Shown here: positions 47,118 to 59,780 of the stretch, piece by piece
Position numbering within the stretch: position 1 is the stretch's first letter
Layout: each line of letters starts with the position of its first letter
Assembly (NCBI RefSeq): GCF_011745625.1
Contig: NW_027191455.1
Span: 992,001-1,056,000 of the forward strand
Direction of reading: 5' to 3'
DNA from: Cladosporium halotolerans
Taxonomy: Eukaryota
Length of the DNA: 64,000 nt
Program-made: the position numbers and the translations under genes
Notes under the pieces: generated by a model
The model's input: only the letters and a program-made list of their open reading frames with translations
What the model was told of the DNA's origin: nothing
The model's database searches: none

Positions 47118-50100
47118 CTAAGAGCCCGAGCCCGAATCGTCCTTGGGCGAGCTGTACAAAAGTTGTTAGGCTCAATCCAGCGCACTACCTAACGAATTCA
47201 AGAAAACTTACTTGGGCGAGTATTGCGGGCTCGTGGGACTGTAAGCCGGGGAAGTGGGCGAGTAACCGCCGTTGCGACCCGGGCTGTACATCGGAGACGT
47301 CGGCGAGTAGCTGGGCGATGTCGGCGATGCACCGCTGCCGCCAGGACCACCATACTTGGGAGAAGTAGGCGAGTAGGCCGGCGACGTGGGAGAGTAAGCC
47401 GGTGAGGTAGGCGACGTTGGGCTGTAGTTGGGCGACGTTGGCGAGTACTTCGGAGAAGTCGCGCTGCCAGGAGCATGGGCAGCCGGCGACGTGGGACTGT
47501 AATTGGGCGAAGTAGGCGAGTACGATGGAGACGTCGGCGAGTATGATGGCGACGTAGGTGAGTAGGAAGGCGAGGTAGGAGAAACCTTGTTGCCACTGTA
47601 AGCCGGCGAGGTTGGCGAGTACGACGGAGAAGTCGGTGTGTAAGCCGGGCTGGACGGCGAGCCAAAGCTCGGCGACGTGACTTGATAGCTGGGACTGGTG
47701 AGGCCCTGGCCAGGCGAAGTAGGAGAGTAGCCAGGAGAAGTGGGCGAGTAGCCGCCGTAACCAGGAGATGTCGGGCTCATACCACTGAACGGGCTAGTAG
47801 GCGCATAGCCTGGACTCATTCCGCCGTTGTACGGGCTTGCACCACCAAATCCGCCACCGTAAGTAGAGAAGCCACCAGACTCTTCCTGACCAGCGTTGAC
47901 AATAGGAGAGAAGGCAGCACCGTAGTCGGGACCGCCACCGTAGCCGCCCTCTGCCATCGGAGAACCAGTGTCGTAAGGCGTCATGGCGCCTTCCATCGGC
48001 GTGGCAGCACCCAAGGCGATACCACCCATGGGCCTCCTGACAGTGGAAACGACGTTCTCCAGCATCTTCTGATCGAGAAGCATGTCAAATTCACCTGTAC
48101 CACTGGGCGCGAGCTGACCGAGAATGATATTCTCGGAAACACCGCGGCAGTCGTCCAGTTCACCAGAAGCGGCCGCATCGAAGAGAATTTCGACCGTTTC
48201 TTCGAAAGAACAACGCATAAGCGCACCGGTATCGGAACGGTTGATACCGTGTCTGGTGACAGCCATAAGAGTACCGCGAGCGGTCATCACGTCACACAGA
48301 AGAGCCATGTGACGGTGATTGACGTAGGAACCGTCGAAACTGAGCACAGCGTGCAATTCCTTGATGAGAGCCGCGCGGGTGGCCTCGATACCGAAGCAAT
48401 CCTTGATGTGGGTGAAGTGGTTGCAAGTCGTGCGGTAAGGATCAACGCCGTCAATGCCGAGCACAGCCTTGAGGTTGACACCGTCGGTATCGAGGTACCA
48501 TTCCTTGCACAGAGGATCGGACTTGACCTTGATCAGAGACCCGTCCTCCTTCTCGCGCATACGCTCCTCAGAAGTGACGTAGACACGCTTGATGTTGTCG
48601 ATACCCCTAAGGACGACCTTGTCAAGCATGTGAGTTTCCAAGCGCTTCAGTGTGTCCTCCTCTTCAGAGTTCTCCTCCTCGTCCTTGTCCGCGCCGCGCG
48701 TGATCATGCGGACACGGACAACCTGCTCATCGGCGTTGTCATCAGAGAAGATGACAGCGATGTCCTGGCCATACATCTCCTTGATCTTGCTGGCGACATG
48801 TGTCACGGACAGACCCTTGTCGAGGAGCTGCCTGCGACCGAGGACGATACGCAGCAGCCACTTGCTCTGCATCTCTGGCGGAGCGCCCTGCTCATCGGGA
48901 AGGATGAAGTAGGACTCAACCATGTCGCGATCAGCGTCGATGACAGTACCCAGAACATCCGGGTCGTAGTAGATCTCAGTCTCGTCGGTGACGGACTTCA
49001 AGCTGGTGAACTCGACGGCAGAACGGAGGAGCTTGCAGTTCTCCTGGTCAAGGACCTTTCCAGGTTCTTGGTAGACCTTCATCGAAGGAGTCTTGAGGTT
49101 CTCAGCGACGTTCAGAATTTCCTTCAGACGGGGCACACCAAGCGTGACGTTCTTTGCGGAGACACCAGCGAAATGGAAGGTGTTGAGCGTCATCTGGGTG
49201 GCAGGTTCACCAATAGACTGAGCAGCCAAAACACCGACCATCTCGCCAGGGCTAGCAAGCGAGCGCGAGAAGCGGTTCTCGACATCGCCAAGGACGTTGT
49301 CGAGCGCAAGCTTGTTCAAGAAGTCTTGCTTGACCAGCTTCTTGAAGGCCAACCTAGATCGGTAAAGTGCCTTGACAAGGAGAGTTGCGTTCTCGTCAGC
49401 TTCCTTTGTGAGCGGATCGTCACCACGGACGACGACGAGCCTGTCAAGCATGGCCGAAACCTTGGGGATGACCTCCCTCGGGTCGAGATCACTGCGAGTA
49501 CCCTCCCTGATGCGGAACTTGGTCTTCGCTGCATCAATCATACGGCCGATGTTGAGCGGAAGCTGGCGGTCGGGATCAGGCTCATCGATACCCTTGCGAA
49601 TCTTCTCACGGTCGTTAAGAATGCGCTCATATTCGTCGTCAAAAAGCTGCTGGGTCTCGGTATCGCCGTGGATCTCGTCTGCAACCTCGATGTCCTCGCT
49701 GGTCAACATTTCGTGCTTGTGCTTCGGGTCCATGATGTCGAGCTTGTATTTCTGCTCGAACTTGTCGTGCGAGATGTTGATGATGTCGAGAGACTGCTTC
49801 TCAATGTATACGGCGTCCAGACCATCTTCACCGTAGATGAACTGAACAATGTCACCAAGGGAGTTACGGACAGTACCATCGTACTTGACCATGACTTCTT
49901 CGAGAGCCTTGACCAGACGACGCTGGATGTATCCTGTTTCGGCAGTCTTGACAGCAGTATCAATCAGACCTTCACGACCACCCATAGCGTGGAAGAAGAA
50001 TTCGGTTGGAGTCAAGCCGCGGAGGTAGGAGTTCTCGACGAAACCGCGAGAAGCCGGAGAGTAGTCGTCCTTGGGGAAATGGGGCAGGGTCCTGTACTTG

Positions 50101-52601
50101 AAGCCGAAGGGGAGACGCTTGCCCTCAAGAGACTGCTGACCGACCGCGGCCGTCATCTGAGAGATGTTGACAGAAGAACCCTTGGAACCAGACTTGACCA
50201 TCTGGCCGACGTTGTTGAAGTCCTTGACACCCTTCGAAGACACATCACCAGCCTGGTTGCGAGCCTCTTCAAGGAACGCTTTCGCGCGGGACTCGAAACT
50301 CTCTCTGATGGTCATACCCGGCAACGGCTCAAGCTTGTTCTCCTGAACTTCCTTGATCAGATCAGCCACGTGATCCTTCTCGGCAGCGACTGCGTCTTCA
50401 ATGCCCTGCGCGGTCTTCTCGTCTGGCACGGTGTCACCAATGCCAACACTGAAACCGTTGTGCAGAAGCCAGTAGCAGACAATGCGCTGAGCGGCGTTGA
50501 AGAAGTCAACGGCGGCATCGGGACCGCGCTCGTTGAAGATGACGTGAATAATACTGCCGCCAGAGGCACCGACGACCTTCTTGACCAACTGACCATACTC
50601 GAGCATTCCGTCCTGGATCAGAAGACCGCTGTCTTTGAGAGGGATGTGACCATCCTTGTCATCGTAACGCAGGATGTTCAGACCAGATGGGATAGCCATC
50701 GAGATGATCTGCTTGCCAGTCCATCGAGCGCTTGGCTTCAGAATTGCAGGGTGAGGCAAGATGCCATCCCAGCCAGGTACCCACATCATGATGTTCATGA
50801 CTTCCTGGTGAGAGAGCATGGTGTCACGCCTAGTGAGCTTGTAGATGCCAGCCATGGTGTCTTGAACAATACCCATGAGCGGGCCGTTCTTCTGCGGTGA
50901 GACGATGTTGAGGGGAACAGCGCAGAGGTTCATAACCTCGGCGCGAGTTTCGTGTGACTGCGGGACGTGCAAGTTCATTTCGTCACCGTCGAAATCAGCG
51001 TTGTAGGGGGAGGTGACTGAAAGGTTCATGCGGAACGTCGAGTAAGGCATCACCCTCACTCTGTGACCCATCATTGACTCCTTGTGCAGCGAAGGCTGAC
51101 GGTTGAACACAATGTAGTCGCCGTCGACGACGTGACGCTCAACCTTCCATCCAAGCTGGAGCTGGATGTCCTGCGGACGCTTGTGATGGCGCAGGTCAAT
51201 GCGCTCGCCTGAGTCGCGGATCACGTGTTTAGCGCCAGGGTGAATATCCGGGCCGTTTCGTACCAGCTCGTGCATCTTGTTGATGTTGTAGTTGTTCACG
51301 GTTTCCGGGAACGACAGTGTCCTTGCTATGGACCTGGGAACACCAACTTCGTCAAGAGACAGGTTAGGATCGCCAGTGATGACTGTGCGGGCAGAAAAGT
51401 CGACACGCTTGCCCATCAAGTTACCACGAAGACGACCTTCCTTCGACTTTAAGCGCGCGCGAATGGCCTTGACGGGACGGCCTGACTTTTGCTGCGCCTT
51501 AGGCAGACCAGCAATGTCGTTGTCCATGTAGGTTGCGACGTGGTACTGCAACAGAGAAATAAACTCCTCAACCACGTGCTGAGGCGAACCTTCCTGCTCG
51601 CAGCGCTTGACGTTCGAGTTGGCACGGATGATATCAGAGAGCTTGTATGTCAAATCATCCTCAGAGCGCATGCCTTGGCTGGTTCCATCGACCGAGATAC
51701 TAGGACGGACAGCCGGAGGCGGCACTGGCATGACTGTAAGGATCATCCACTCGGGGCGAGCATAGTCGGCATTGCAGCCGAGGATGGTAAGGTCGCGGTC
51801 GGAGATGTTGCGGAAGACGTTCAACGCCATTTGCGGCGTGATCGGCCTCTTCTCAGGGCCTTTGTCTCCCTCCTCGTCCTCTTGGCCTTTCGGCAACTTC
51901 CAAGTGCCGTTCAATTTCAGAGCTTCCTTGCGGATCTCGGGCTGGATGTTACCACATCCACCGTGGCCCTTGACCTTCAGCTTGGCTTTGGGGTCTCCGC
52001 CAAAGTCGCCGCCATCATCTTGCGAGTCAGGTTCACAGATCATCTTCGGCTTGCAGATCTTGTGCACCTGGTCGAAACGGCGCTTCGGATCGCGGATGTT
52101 TACTGCCTGCTTGAACTGAGGGTTGCGCTGAGGGTAATCACATTAGCACTGAACCATAGCACTGTTAGAAGCTTGAGTGACATACTTCGTCATCCAAGAG
52201 TTTCCCGCAGTTATGGCAGACTGATTCGAGGATCTTCTTGACTTTAGTGACGAAGCCTAAATAATCAACGTCAGCGCTGATATCTCAAGTCCGGGAGTCT
52301 TCCCGAACATACCAGGGTGGAAAACGGGTACGGCGAGTTCGATGTGTCCGAAGTGCCCAGGGCATTCGGTCATGTTCTCGCCGCACGTAGCGCAACGGTA
52401 AGCGCGGTCGATGCTTCCCAGCTTCGGGTCGTTCAAGCCTCGCTCGCGCGGCCTCTGGCGCTGCTCGTCCATCGTCTCCGGGTATTCGATGTGGCAAACA
52501 CTCATGTTCTTAGTCTCTTCTGGCGAGAAGAGGCCGAACTGAATCTCCTGCACCGTCTTGAACGGCGCCTCAGAGTGAGGAAAACCAGGTGCGGACGCCA
52601 T
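47118..52601 (-). CDS. RPB1: RNA polymerase II largest subunit; exons 52601-52313, 52256-52186, 52127-47212, 47151-47118
   Basis: CPGHFGH zinc site, NADFDGD active site, [13 protein letters not shown] and YSPTSP heptad CTD. Three canonical introns; the last one is inferred from splice signals. Confidence 0.98.
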
Positions 52602-53450
52602 GATTGCGGTAGTCCAGTGGTATCCGGGTGGCGTGCGCGGATGCTATTATTCAAGGCGTGGCTTGCCTGATACAAGCGTGGATGCGCAAATGTGACCCGT
52701 TGGAGTTGATTCTCTCCAGTATCGCAAACTGTGCCCTTTGCGCACTTGATCTTCCACTGCTGCCTGCGTCCACCCCTTGACACCTTGCAACCGACCTGCG
52801 TGAGGCGCGCCTCCGCTTCAGTTGCTCACACTCCCTCAATCCTCCACGATTTCGATGTCGCTGATAGAATGCCGATGATGGCTATGGCGGTGCTGATGCG
52901 CGTGGCGCGCTCGTGGCGATTATGGATGCGGGCTGAAGATGCGAGCGCGTCGGCGCAGTCGGCGGCCGGCCAGCGGGAAGCTGACTGTCGCAAATATGGA
53001 TTCGATTAAGGAGAGAGGCGATTCCGACAATATCGCGGCGGTCCAGGCGATACTGCGTGATGTCGTGTGCGGAGTCGGGGGATGTGTTGTGATGATGTTA
53101 CTGCGCGGTCGGCCGCCGACAAGACTTCGCGAGCGGGAGGCTCACGCTCTTGGCACTGGCGTGACTTTGTCTGCCGCGGAGGCGCGTTCGCGTCAGTCCG
53201 CGCTAGGCCACAATAAGCTTCGCGGTATTGTTCTCGATATCACATGCCAGTCGCGCAGTCTGTGTGAGGTAGCTGTACGAAGTGAGTGAGGTTTCGGAAA
53301 GGCTGCGGCGCCAGCAGCAAAGAACCGATCAATCACTATGAGAAGGGTTGACAATCTGAACACCCCATGCTAAAGCCACACACGGCCATGGACTAAGCGC
53401 ATCGCATTGGAGACCGACTGCGACAAACATCCCACCTTCTGGAAGCCGCC

Positions 53451-54950
53451 ATGAACCTCCCACTGTCCGACCCCGTCTTACTCGCGCAGGATATTCCCGA
53501 GATCCTCACAGCACGACTGCGCTCCTCTGGTCAAGCTGTCTGCATCCGCTTCTCTCACCGCGGCGACCTCCTAGCGGCTGGAACAGCTAAGGGAACCATC
53601 GCGATCTTCGATCTCGAAACCAATGGAGTCGCGCGCAAGCTGAAAGGTCACACTACCGGACGCACCGTACAGTCGTTGTCATGGGAAAAGAGCGGGCGAT
53701 ATCTGCTGAGCAGCAGCATTGATTGGAAGGTGATTCTATGGGATCTTAAAGATGGCAGCCGTGTACGCACGGTGAACATGGGTGCACCTGTGTATATCGC
53801 AGACCTGCACCCCCAAAACCATTTCCGCTGCGTCGCAGCATTGTACGAATATCGGCCAGCAGTCGCCGATTTCACGGACAAGAAGGTACAACAGTTTGCC
53901 TTACCGAACCTGCCCAAGCGCGCCCCTCATGAGCAAGAAGCAAATGAGAAGGCAGACGCTAAGCACTTTACCACCGTCGCTGCGTTTACTTCGAGCGGAA
54001 GCCATGTGATCACAGGCACCACGAAAGGCTGGCTGAATGTGATCAACACTGAGACGAGGGAAACAGTGTACAGCACACGACTCTGTTCAAAGCCCATTCT
54101 TCTGATCCGCTTGAGTGGCTCTGGTCGGGATCTCCTTGTCAATGCCTCAGACACTATCATCAGGACTATCAAGCTTCCTGACTTCTCCGACCCGAACCTC
54201 CAAGCCGACAGCATCAATCTCGAGGTGGAGCACAAGTTCCAGGACGTCGTCAACAGGCTCAGCTGGAATCACGTGGCCTTCAGCGCGAACGCAGATTATG
54301 TGATGGCTTCTACGCTTATGAATCACGACATCTACATCTGGGAGCGCGGACTTGGCTCGCTTGTCAAGATTCTCGAGGGACCGAAGGAGGAACTCGGCGC
54401 AGTAGAGGTAAGCTTTTTCGAACCTGAGTTCCAGTCTCAAACACAGCTGACAAGCCTGCAGTGGCATCCTACTCGACCTTACGTTGCCGCCACTGGCGTG
54501 GAAAGCGGACGCATCTACATCTGGTCGATTCACACGCCTCAACGCTGGTCTGCTCTCGCACCCGATTTCCTCGAGGTTGAAGAGAACGTAGAGTACATTG
54601 AGAAAGAGGACGAGTTTGACATACACCCACTCGATGAGCTTCAAAAACGTCGTCTCGACCAGGAAGACGAAGAGGTCGATGTCCTCACCGTCGATGCCAT
54701 GCAGCTTGAAAGAGAAGGTGCCGCAAACCTCGCGGGCGATGACGGCGTTTTCAGAATGCCCGTCCTTATGGGTGTAGACGAGAGCGACAGCGAAGATGAG
54801 ATGGTTGCGATCGGCGCTGGCCAATTCAGAAGGAAGAGTACGGCAAGGGAGGAAAGCGAGCTGCTGGAAGGCGACGACGTCAACGACACCGATTCGATGT
54901 CTGAGCAGGCAAACGGGAACACTGGCTCTAAAAGAAGGCGCGGTGATTGA
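53451..54950 (+). CDS. SWD1: COMPASS/Set1C WD40 subunit (RBBP5 orthologue); intron 54408-54461
   Basis: WD repeats, HKFQDVVNRLSW, LVKILEGPKEEL, WSALAPDF.EVEENVEYIE.EDEFD. Confidence 0.93.
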   Translation: MNLPLSDPVLLAQDIPEILTARLRSSGQAVCIRFSHRGDLLAAGTAKGTIAIFDLETNGVARKLKGHTTGRTVQSLSWEKSGRYLLSSSIDWKVILWDLKDGSRVRTVNMGAPVYIADLHPQNHFRCVAALYEYRPAVADFTDKKVQQFALPNLPKRAPHEQEANEKADAKHFTTVAAFTSSGSHVITGTTKGWLNVINTETRETVYSTRLCSKPILLIRLSGSGRDLLVNASDTIIRTIKLPDFSDPNLQADSINLEVEHKFQDVVNRLSWNHVAFSANADYVMASTLMNHDIYIWERGLGSLVKILEGPKEELGAVEVSFFEPEFQSQTQLTSLQWHPTRPYVAATGVESGRIYIWSIHTPQRWSALAPDFLEVEENVEYIEKEDEFDIHPLDELQKRRLDQEDEEVDVLTVDAMQLEREGAANLAGDDGVFRMPVLMGVDESDSEDEMVAIGAGQFRRKSTAREESELLEGDDVNDTDSMSEQANGNTGSKRRRGD

Positions 54951-55603
54951 GCATCGTTGAGCGGTGCTTTTTGGTTCTCATGACGAGCATGACCTTACCA
55001 AGCGTATGAAAGTCATACCGTGACTTACTCAGGCGAATCTCTGCAAGCCCGAAAAAAGACGAGTATTAATCTCAACGACGCTGCGGACTGCAAGTCAGGA
55101 AATCAAGCGAAAAGACGTCCTGAGCAATCGCTTGGAAGCAATTGCTAGTCAAATGCCGTCCTTCAGACACGGTAACGACCCGGGACAAAAGTGTCCCGGT
55201 AGATTCCCACACTGAAATACCGCGACAGACACAGAATGGGGCTTAACCCACCTTTTCTGCCCCGAACCAAATATACTGCGGGATTTGAGCTGAAGTCTTA
55301 GAAGCTATCAGAAGAGAGATGATAAATTTCACCTTTCTAGCACCGCAGATATCCTTGCACAGGCAACAGCGAGTCGGACGCAAATGGGATGCTAAGGGCA
55401 TAGAGTCGTTTCTCTATGATTGAAATCAAAACCGCTTAGAGTATTGCGTTCTATGCGACAAAAGGATCCATGCACGCGACGTAACCTTACCGGTTAGCGA
55501 GTCTGAGGGAGCAGGCAACCGCAAGGCAATGGCAGAAGAAATGTAATCTGAAAACTGCGTTTTCATTACGCTGTCCACATGGGTCTAAATTATCATATCT
55601 CAT

Positions 55604-57498
55604 CTACACCTTGCTGACCGAATGCTTCCTCTCATCGTTCGCAACAACGATCTCCTCGCCCGTCACCGCATGGTCCATCCTGCTCTCCTGCTCGGGCATA
55701 AAACGCATAAAAGCCCAGTAGAACACGCCCGCCGCGATAAAAGAGTAAATATACCCGATGGCAAACAAATGCTGCCCGCCAGCATTAACGATCGGTGTCG
55801 GATCCTCCTGCTGCGAAACGACAATGTTGCTAATGAACCCCGGCAGCGGCGGCGCGAAGCCCACGACCAGCGCGGCGATCGAGCGCCAGTTCGTCGCGTA
55901 CTTTGCCGAGTACCGGTAGATGCCGTGGAAGTCGTACATGTCGGGGACGGAGACGCAGCCGCGGCGCGTGATGTAGTAGTCCGTCATGAGGATGGCGGTC
56001 ATGGGCCCGAGGAAGATGGTGTAGCCGCCGAGGAAGGCGAGGAAGCGCGCGGCGGAAGCGAGGATCTTCCACGGCACGCAGGCCCAGGCGCCGATGAAGG
56101 CTGCGAGGAGTTGTCCGCGCCGGATGTTGATGTACTTGGGGCAGAAGGACATCAGGTCGTTGGCGGCGGAGATGGAGTTGGCGGAGATGTTGATGCCGAG
56201 CGTGACGATGATGAGGCCGATGGCGCCGAAGGCAGAGGCCGCGCGCCCGCCGGAAGAGCCAGACGAGCCCCAGTCTTCGATGATCACTACAGGGTTCCAG
56301 ACGACTTCGCCGTAGACTTTTTCGGAGGCGGCGGCGGTGAAGATGCCGAGGAGTCCGACGATGGTGAAGATGAGAGGTACGGCGAAGACTTGGATGTTGG
56401 TGTTACTTGGTTTCTTCGCATATCTTGCGAAATCAGAGATGTTCAAGCCGAGAGTGGCGTAATTGCCCAAGACCGAGTTCAGGTTGCTGAAGAAGGCCCA
56501 GGCAAGCGCAGTGCCTGTGGCAGTCGAAGGTGCCAGGACCGAGCTGCCGCTGATTGTTCCACCAGCCCTGTGTAGAGTCGTGCCGAAGACCGCGAGGAAG
56601 ACGATCGGCGCGATGACGGACTTGAAAGCGAAGAAGTGCTGGATCTTGGTGTATGGAATGCAGAGGAACGGCAATTGGAGGAGGAAATAGAGCAAGAATC
56701 CCACCATTCCTGGAGTCGAGATACCTTGGTCTTCCGGGATTGTGTTAGGGATCCTGGCAAAGCTCGGCCAGGTCGCTGTGAGCAAAACGGTCATACATTG
56801 GCCGCCTGTCACTGTTTGAACACTGAAGGGAGGATTAGGTCAGTGGCTCTTCAATATCTGGATCGATTGACGTGGAGAGGACTCACCCAAGCCAGATGAT
56901 AGCGAGCGCAGCACGAGACGCGACAACGAAGTAGCTGGCGTAATACCCAAACGGCACACGAGCGAGAATCGGGAACGGTGTGTGAAGCTTGAGAACGTCA
57001 GGAGCCCATTCAAGATACTTCCAAATGCTTGTAAACGAATACTTACTTTAGCACCGATTCTACCGTTGACCGTAATCACTACGCCCATGATAGTGTTACC
57101 AAGCACGAGAGCGCCGATAGCCATTCTCCAGTCTAGACCACTGGCAATCATTGAAGACGCTGTAACACAATAGTCAGCGTCTCTACACACAGCTGTGTCA
57201 CTCTGCATTCCAGCGCAAACTCACCAACCTGCCAATTGGACACAGCCCAACCATCAGCCATCCAATAGGCGAAGAAAGCGAAGCTGCCCCATGTCCGCTT
57301 CGACGGAGGGATAGGGTCGAAATCAGCATTGGAAGCCGCGGGAGTCCTGGCAAATGTGCTGGGCTCTTGATCGACCGTAAGCGAGAAGTGGAAGCGGCGT
57401 CTCGGTTTGCCGTAGGTCTCGCCGACCTCGTAGGGCTCGACTGAGGGTGAAGAATGGGCGAACTTTTCGTCGCTGGACATGTGCCCGTTAAGCGCCAT
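55604..57498 (-). CDS. NCS1 nucleobase/allantoin permease (Fur4/Dal4-like); exons 57498-57225, 57159-57047, 56987-56887, 56822-55604
   Basis: NADFDPIPPSKRTW, NISDFARYAK, NISANS..AANDL, PKYINIRRG, PWKIL, FLGGY.IFLGP..AIL..DYY. Confidence 0.92.
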
Positions 57499-57731
57499 GG
57501 TGGGCGATGGAGCGAAACAAATGATACAGGGCTGGGTGGGTTGGTACTTCCACCCGCACCGAAGCGGTGGTTTCTGGTCACCTTTATGAGATACCTCGGG
57601 GCAAAGCCCAGCGCTGGGAAAAAGAAAGGCATAGCCCAGAACCGGTGGTGGCGGCGTCTTTGGTAGACTGCGGGCATCGTACCGTGAAGCTTATTCCGTA
57701 GCGGACCACTCACGCGACACCTTGTAATCGT

Positions 57732-57866
57732 TGATAACGCAGGGCGATAGAAGAATGCAGGCAGGAGATAAGGAATTTGGGCCCCAGACTTGATTAGAGC
57801 GGAGTTGCCATGTGCCTTATCGGTTAGGTTGGCACGTGTGGTTGCTGACCCCGGATCGCCCTATCT
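57732..57866. promoter_or_regulatory. Cluster of five HGATAR sites (candidate AreA/NIT2 sites) upstream of the NCS1 permease
   Basis: TGATAA 57732, CGATAG 57745, AGATAA 57766, TTATCG 57817, CTATCT 57861. They lie 230-370 bp upstream of the ATG. Confidence 0.5.
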
Positions 57867-58135
57867 GCACACTGAAGGTGACAAGATACATGCTGACTCG
57901 ATGAGATCGAGTCAAACATCGCCGGCTTGGAGCTCACACTTCACAAGTCCACTGTCTCTGAGACTGCCTGGGCTGCCGGCAGAGAACTCACTACAGCTCA
58001 TACCATCGCTCTGGCCGGGTATCAAAGACCTGAAGATGTACTCGTTTGTACGCGCCCCGAGGACCTGCCTCAAACCATACTCTCATCGCCTCCAAGCCCA
58101 ACAATAACCATCCCAAACCATACCCTCCAACCCAT

Positions 58136-59677
58136 TCAGAACCTCGGATCCCTCCACTCCCCCTTCCCATCACCAAATACCCCCTCCGCCACCTCCCTCC
58201 CACCACAAATCTCCTCCCACCTTTGCCACTTCCCGTCCGCACCCCTAACCCCGGCCTTCTCCCACCCCGCCGGACCCCAAAAAACCCTCTCCACCCCCTC
58301 ATGATCCAGAACACCCGCGAGCGGCATTGTGGGCACCGCCACATACGCGTTAAACAAGTCCCTGGCATAAGTGTGCAGCCACAGCTCCTCCCACCGCGCC
58401 GTCTGCGCCTGCGCAGTGTCGCCGGCGTCTAGGTGAATCGCGACGGGAACGGTGTTCGAGCGTGCGCCTGTAAGGAGCGCAAGATCTGTCCAGCGTTTGT
58501 GCGCGGGGAGCGGGTAGCCGGCGGGCGTCCAGAAGGGAGGCATGGAGGCGGCTATGTCGGGCGGGAGCCGGGAGGGTTGTTTCCTGATGAGGGTTTGCGG
58601 ACTGGAGGAGATGGAGGTGGAGAGGCTGAGGGCGCTGGTTGTGTCGAGGGCGATGCGGAAGTCGTCGGGGATGGATTGGGGAGGGGAGTTGGCGCTTTGC
58701 GCGTTGGTTGCCGTGAGGGAGTTGAGGAGGCGCTGGAGTGAAGAGGGTTGGGGGGTCGGGCGGAAGAATTTGCGCTGATGTTCTTGCGTGGCGAAGATGT
58801 TGGTGAGGACTTCTAGGTCGGTGGGAGAATCTTTCGATCGTTCGCGGATGGCGACGGCTCGGCGGTAGATCTCGTGCAGGTCTTTGGCGGGCCCGATGAT
58901 GGGGCCTTGTCCCGGGTAGCGATACGAATCGATTTGCTAGACTGCTTCGCTCAGCGGAGGTGCTTCAGGCTGGCAGTCATCGCTTGCTGGAGAAGCCGCA
59001 CCACAGATCCAAGAGGCTGGAAAGACGACCGAGTTCGCGATTGTGGTTTGCTCCACGAATACGCCGCCAAACCTCTGCACCAGAATCCTATTCTCGCGTC
59101 GTAGTATGTCGTAGTATCGTTTCAGCAGCACTTCCGGGCGTAGTTGAAACCACGTACTCGGACCCCCTGACAGGATGACAAGATCATCCTCGCCATGCTT
59201 CGCAATTTCAAAGAGAGAATCCCTCACAGCCGTCATCCGCCTCAGAGCCTCCTTTCGCCCATCACGCTCTTCATGCTCCCACTGAACAAGCGCAGGCGTA
59301 GGATATTGAAGCACCTCCGCGCTCAAGACCGTCCTGCAAAGCTCCAGACTCGCATTCGTCGCCGGTACCAGGAAGTGAAGCGTCTGCACTTTTCTCTGCA
59401 CGGGCGGCCGAGAGTGCACTTTAGTCTTGAACACCACCGTCAGCCACAACGTTAGCAAAATCGCTGCGCCGACGAGAGAGATATATCGGCGGAATCGGAA
59501 ATGGCTCAGGGCCCGCCATCGGTCTGCGAACGGGCGTTCGTCGCGTGTTTTCTCGAGCTCGAGAGGGAGGAGGCGTTCGCTGTCGGTTTGGCGGTAGGCG
59601 AGCCAGAGGGGGATGGGGAGGGCGCGGGAGTCGAGTAAACGCCTCAGGGCTGTTGGGAGGCGTCCAGCAAGCGCCAT
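58136..59677 (-). pseudogene. Type II membrane glycosyltransferase-like (GT_LH/PLOD-like) gene interrupted by one in-frame TAG at 58937-58939
   Basis: ORFs 58937..59677 and 58136..58543 are in the same frame, with no other stop between them. Motifs LHFLVPAT..SLELCRT.LSA..L.YP.P, WFQLRPEVLLKRY and W.EIC...VFGDGKG.W. Confidence 0.65.
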
Positions 59678-59761
59678 GTTTTCGAGAGGAGGGGGGGAGG
59701 GTGGGCAGTCAAGGCGGCGTGGCGCTGCTGGCGGGTCAAGAAGCGAGGGTCGTCGGGCGGC

Positions 59762-59780
59762 GTGGTGGTGGTGGTGGTGG
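59762..59780. repeat. (GGT)n microsatellite, about 6 units
   Basis: gtggtggtggtggtggtgg, about 85 bp upstream of the 59677 ATG. Confidence 0.8.

Noticed and set aside
47682..50900. 1072 aa plus-strand ORF
   Set aside because: Antisense mirror frame of RPB1, explained by codon bias in a highly expressed gene.
55180..55199. Hairpin CCGGGACA-AAAG-TGTCCCGG between the convergent SWD1 and NCS1 genes
   Set aside because: An isolated 8-bp stem with no target-site duplication or second copy; compatible with chance.
13861..58939. TAG reassignment (alternative genetic code) suggested by two in-frame TAGs
   Set aside because: TAG ends several well-conserved genes here at their expected C-termini (axlA, MFS, amino acid permease, NCS1 permease).
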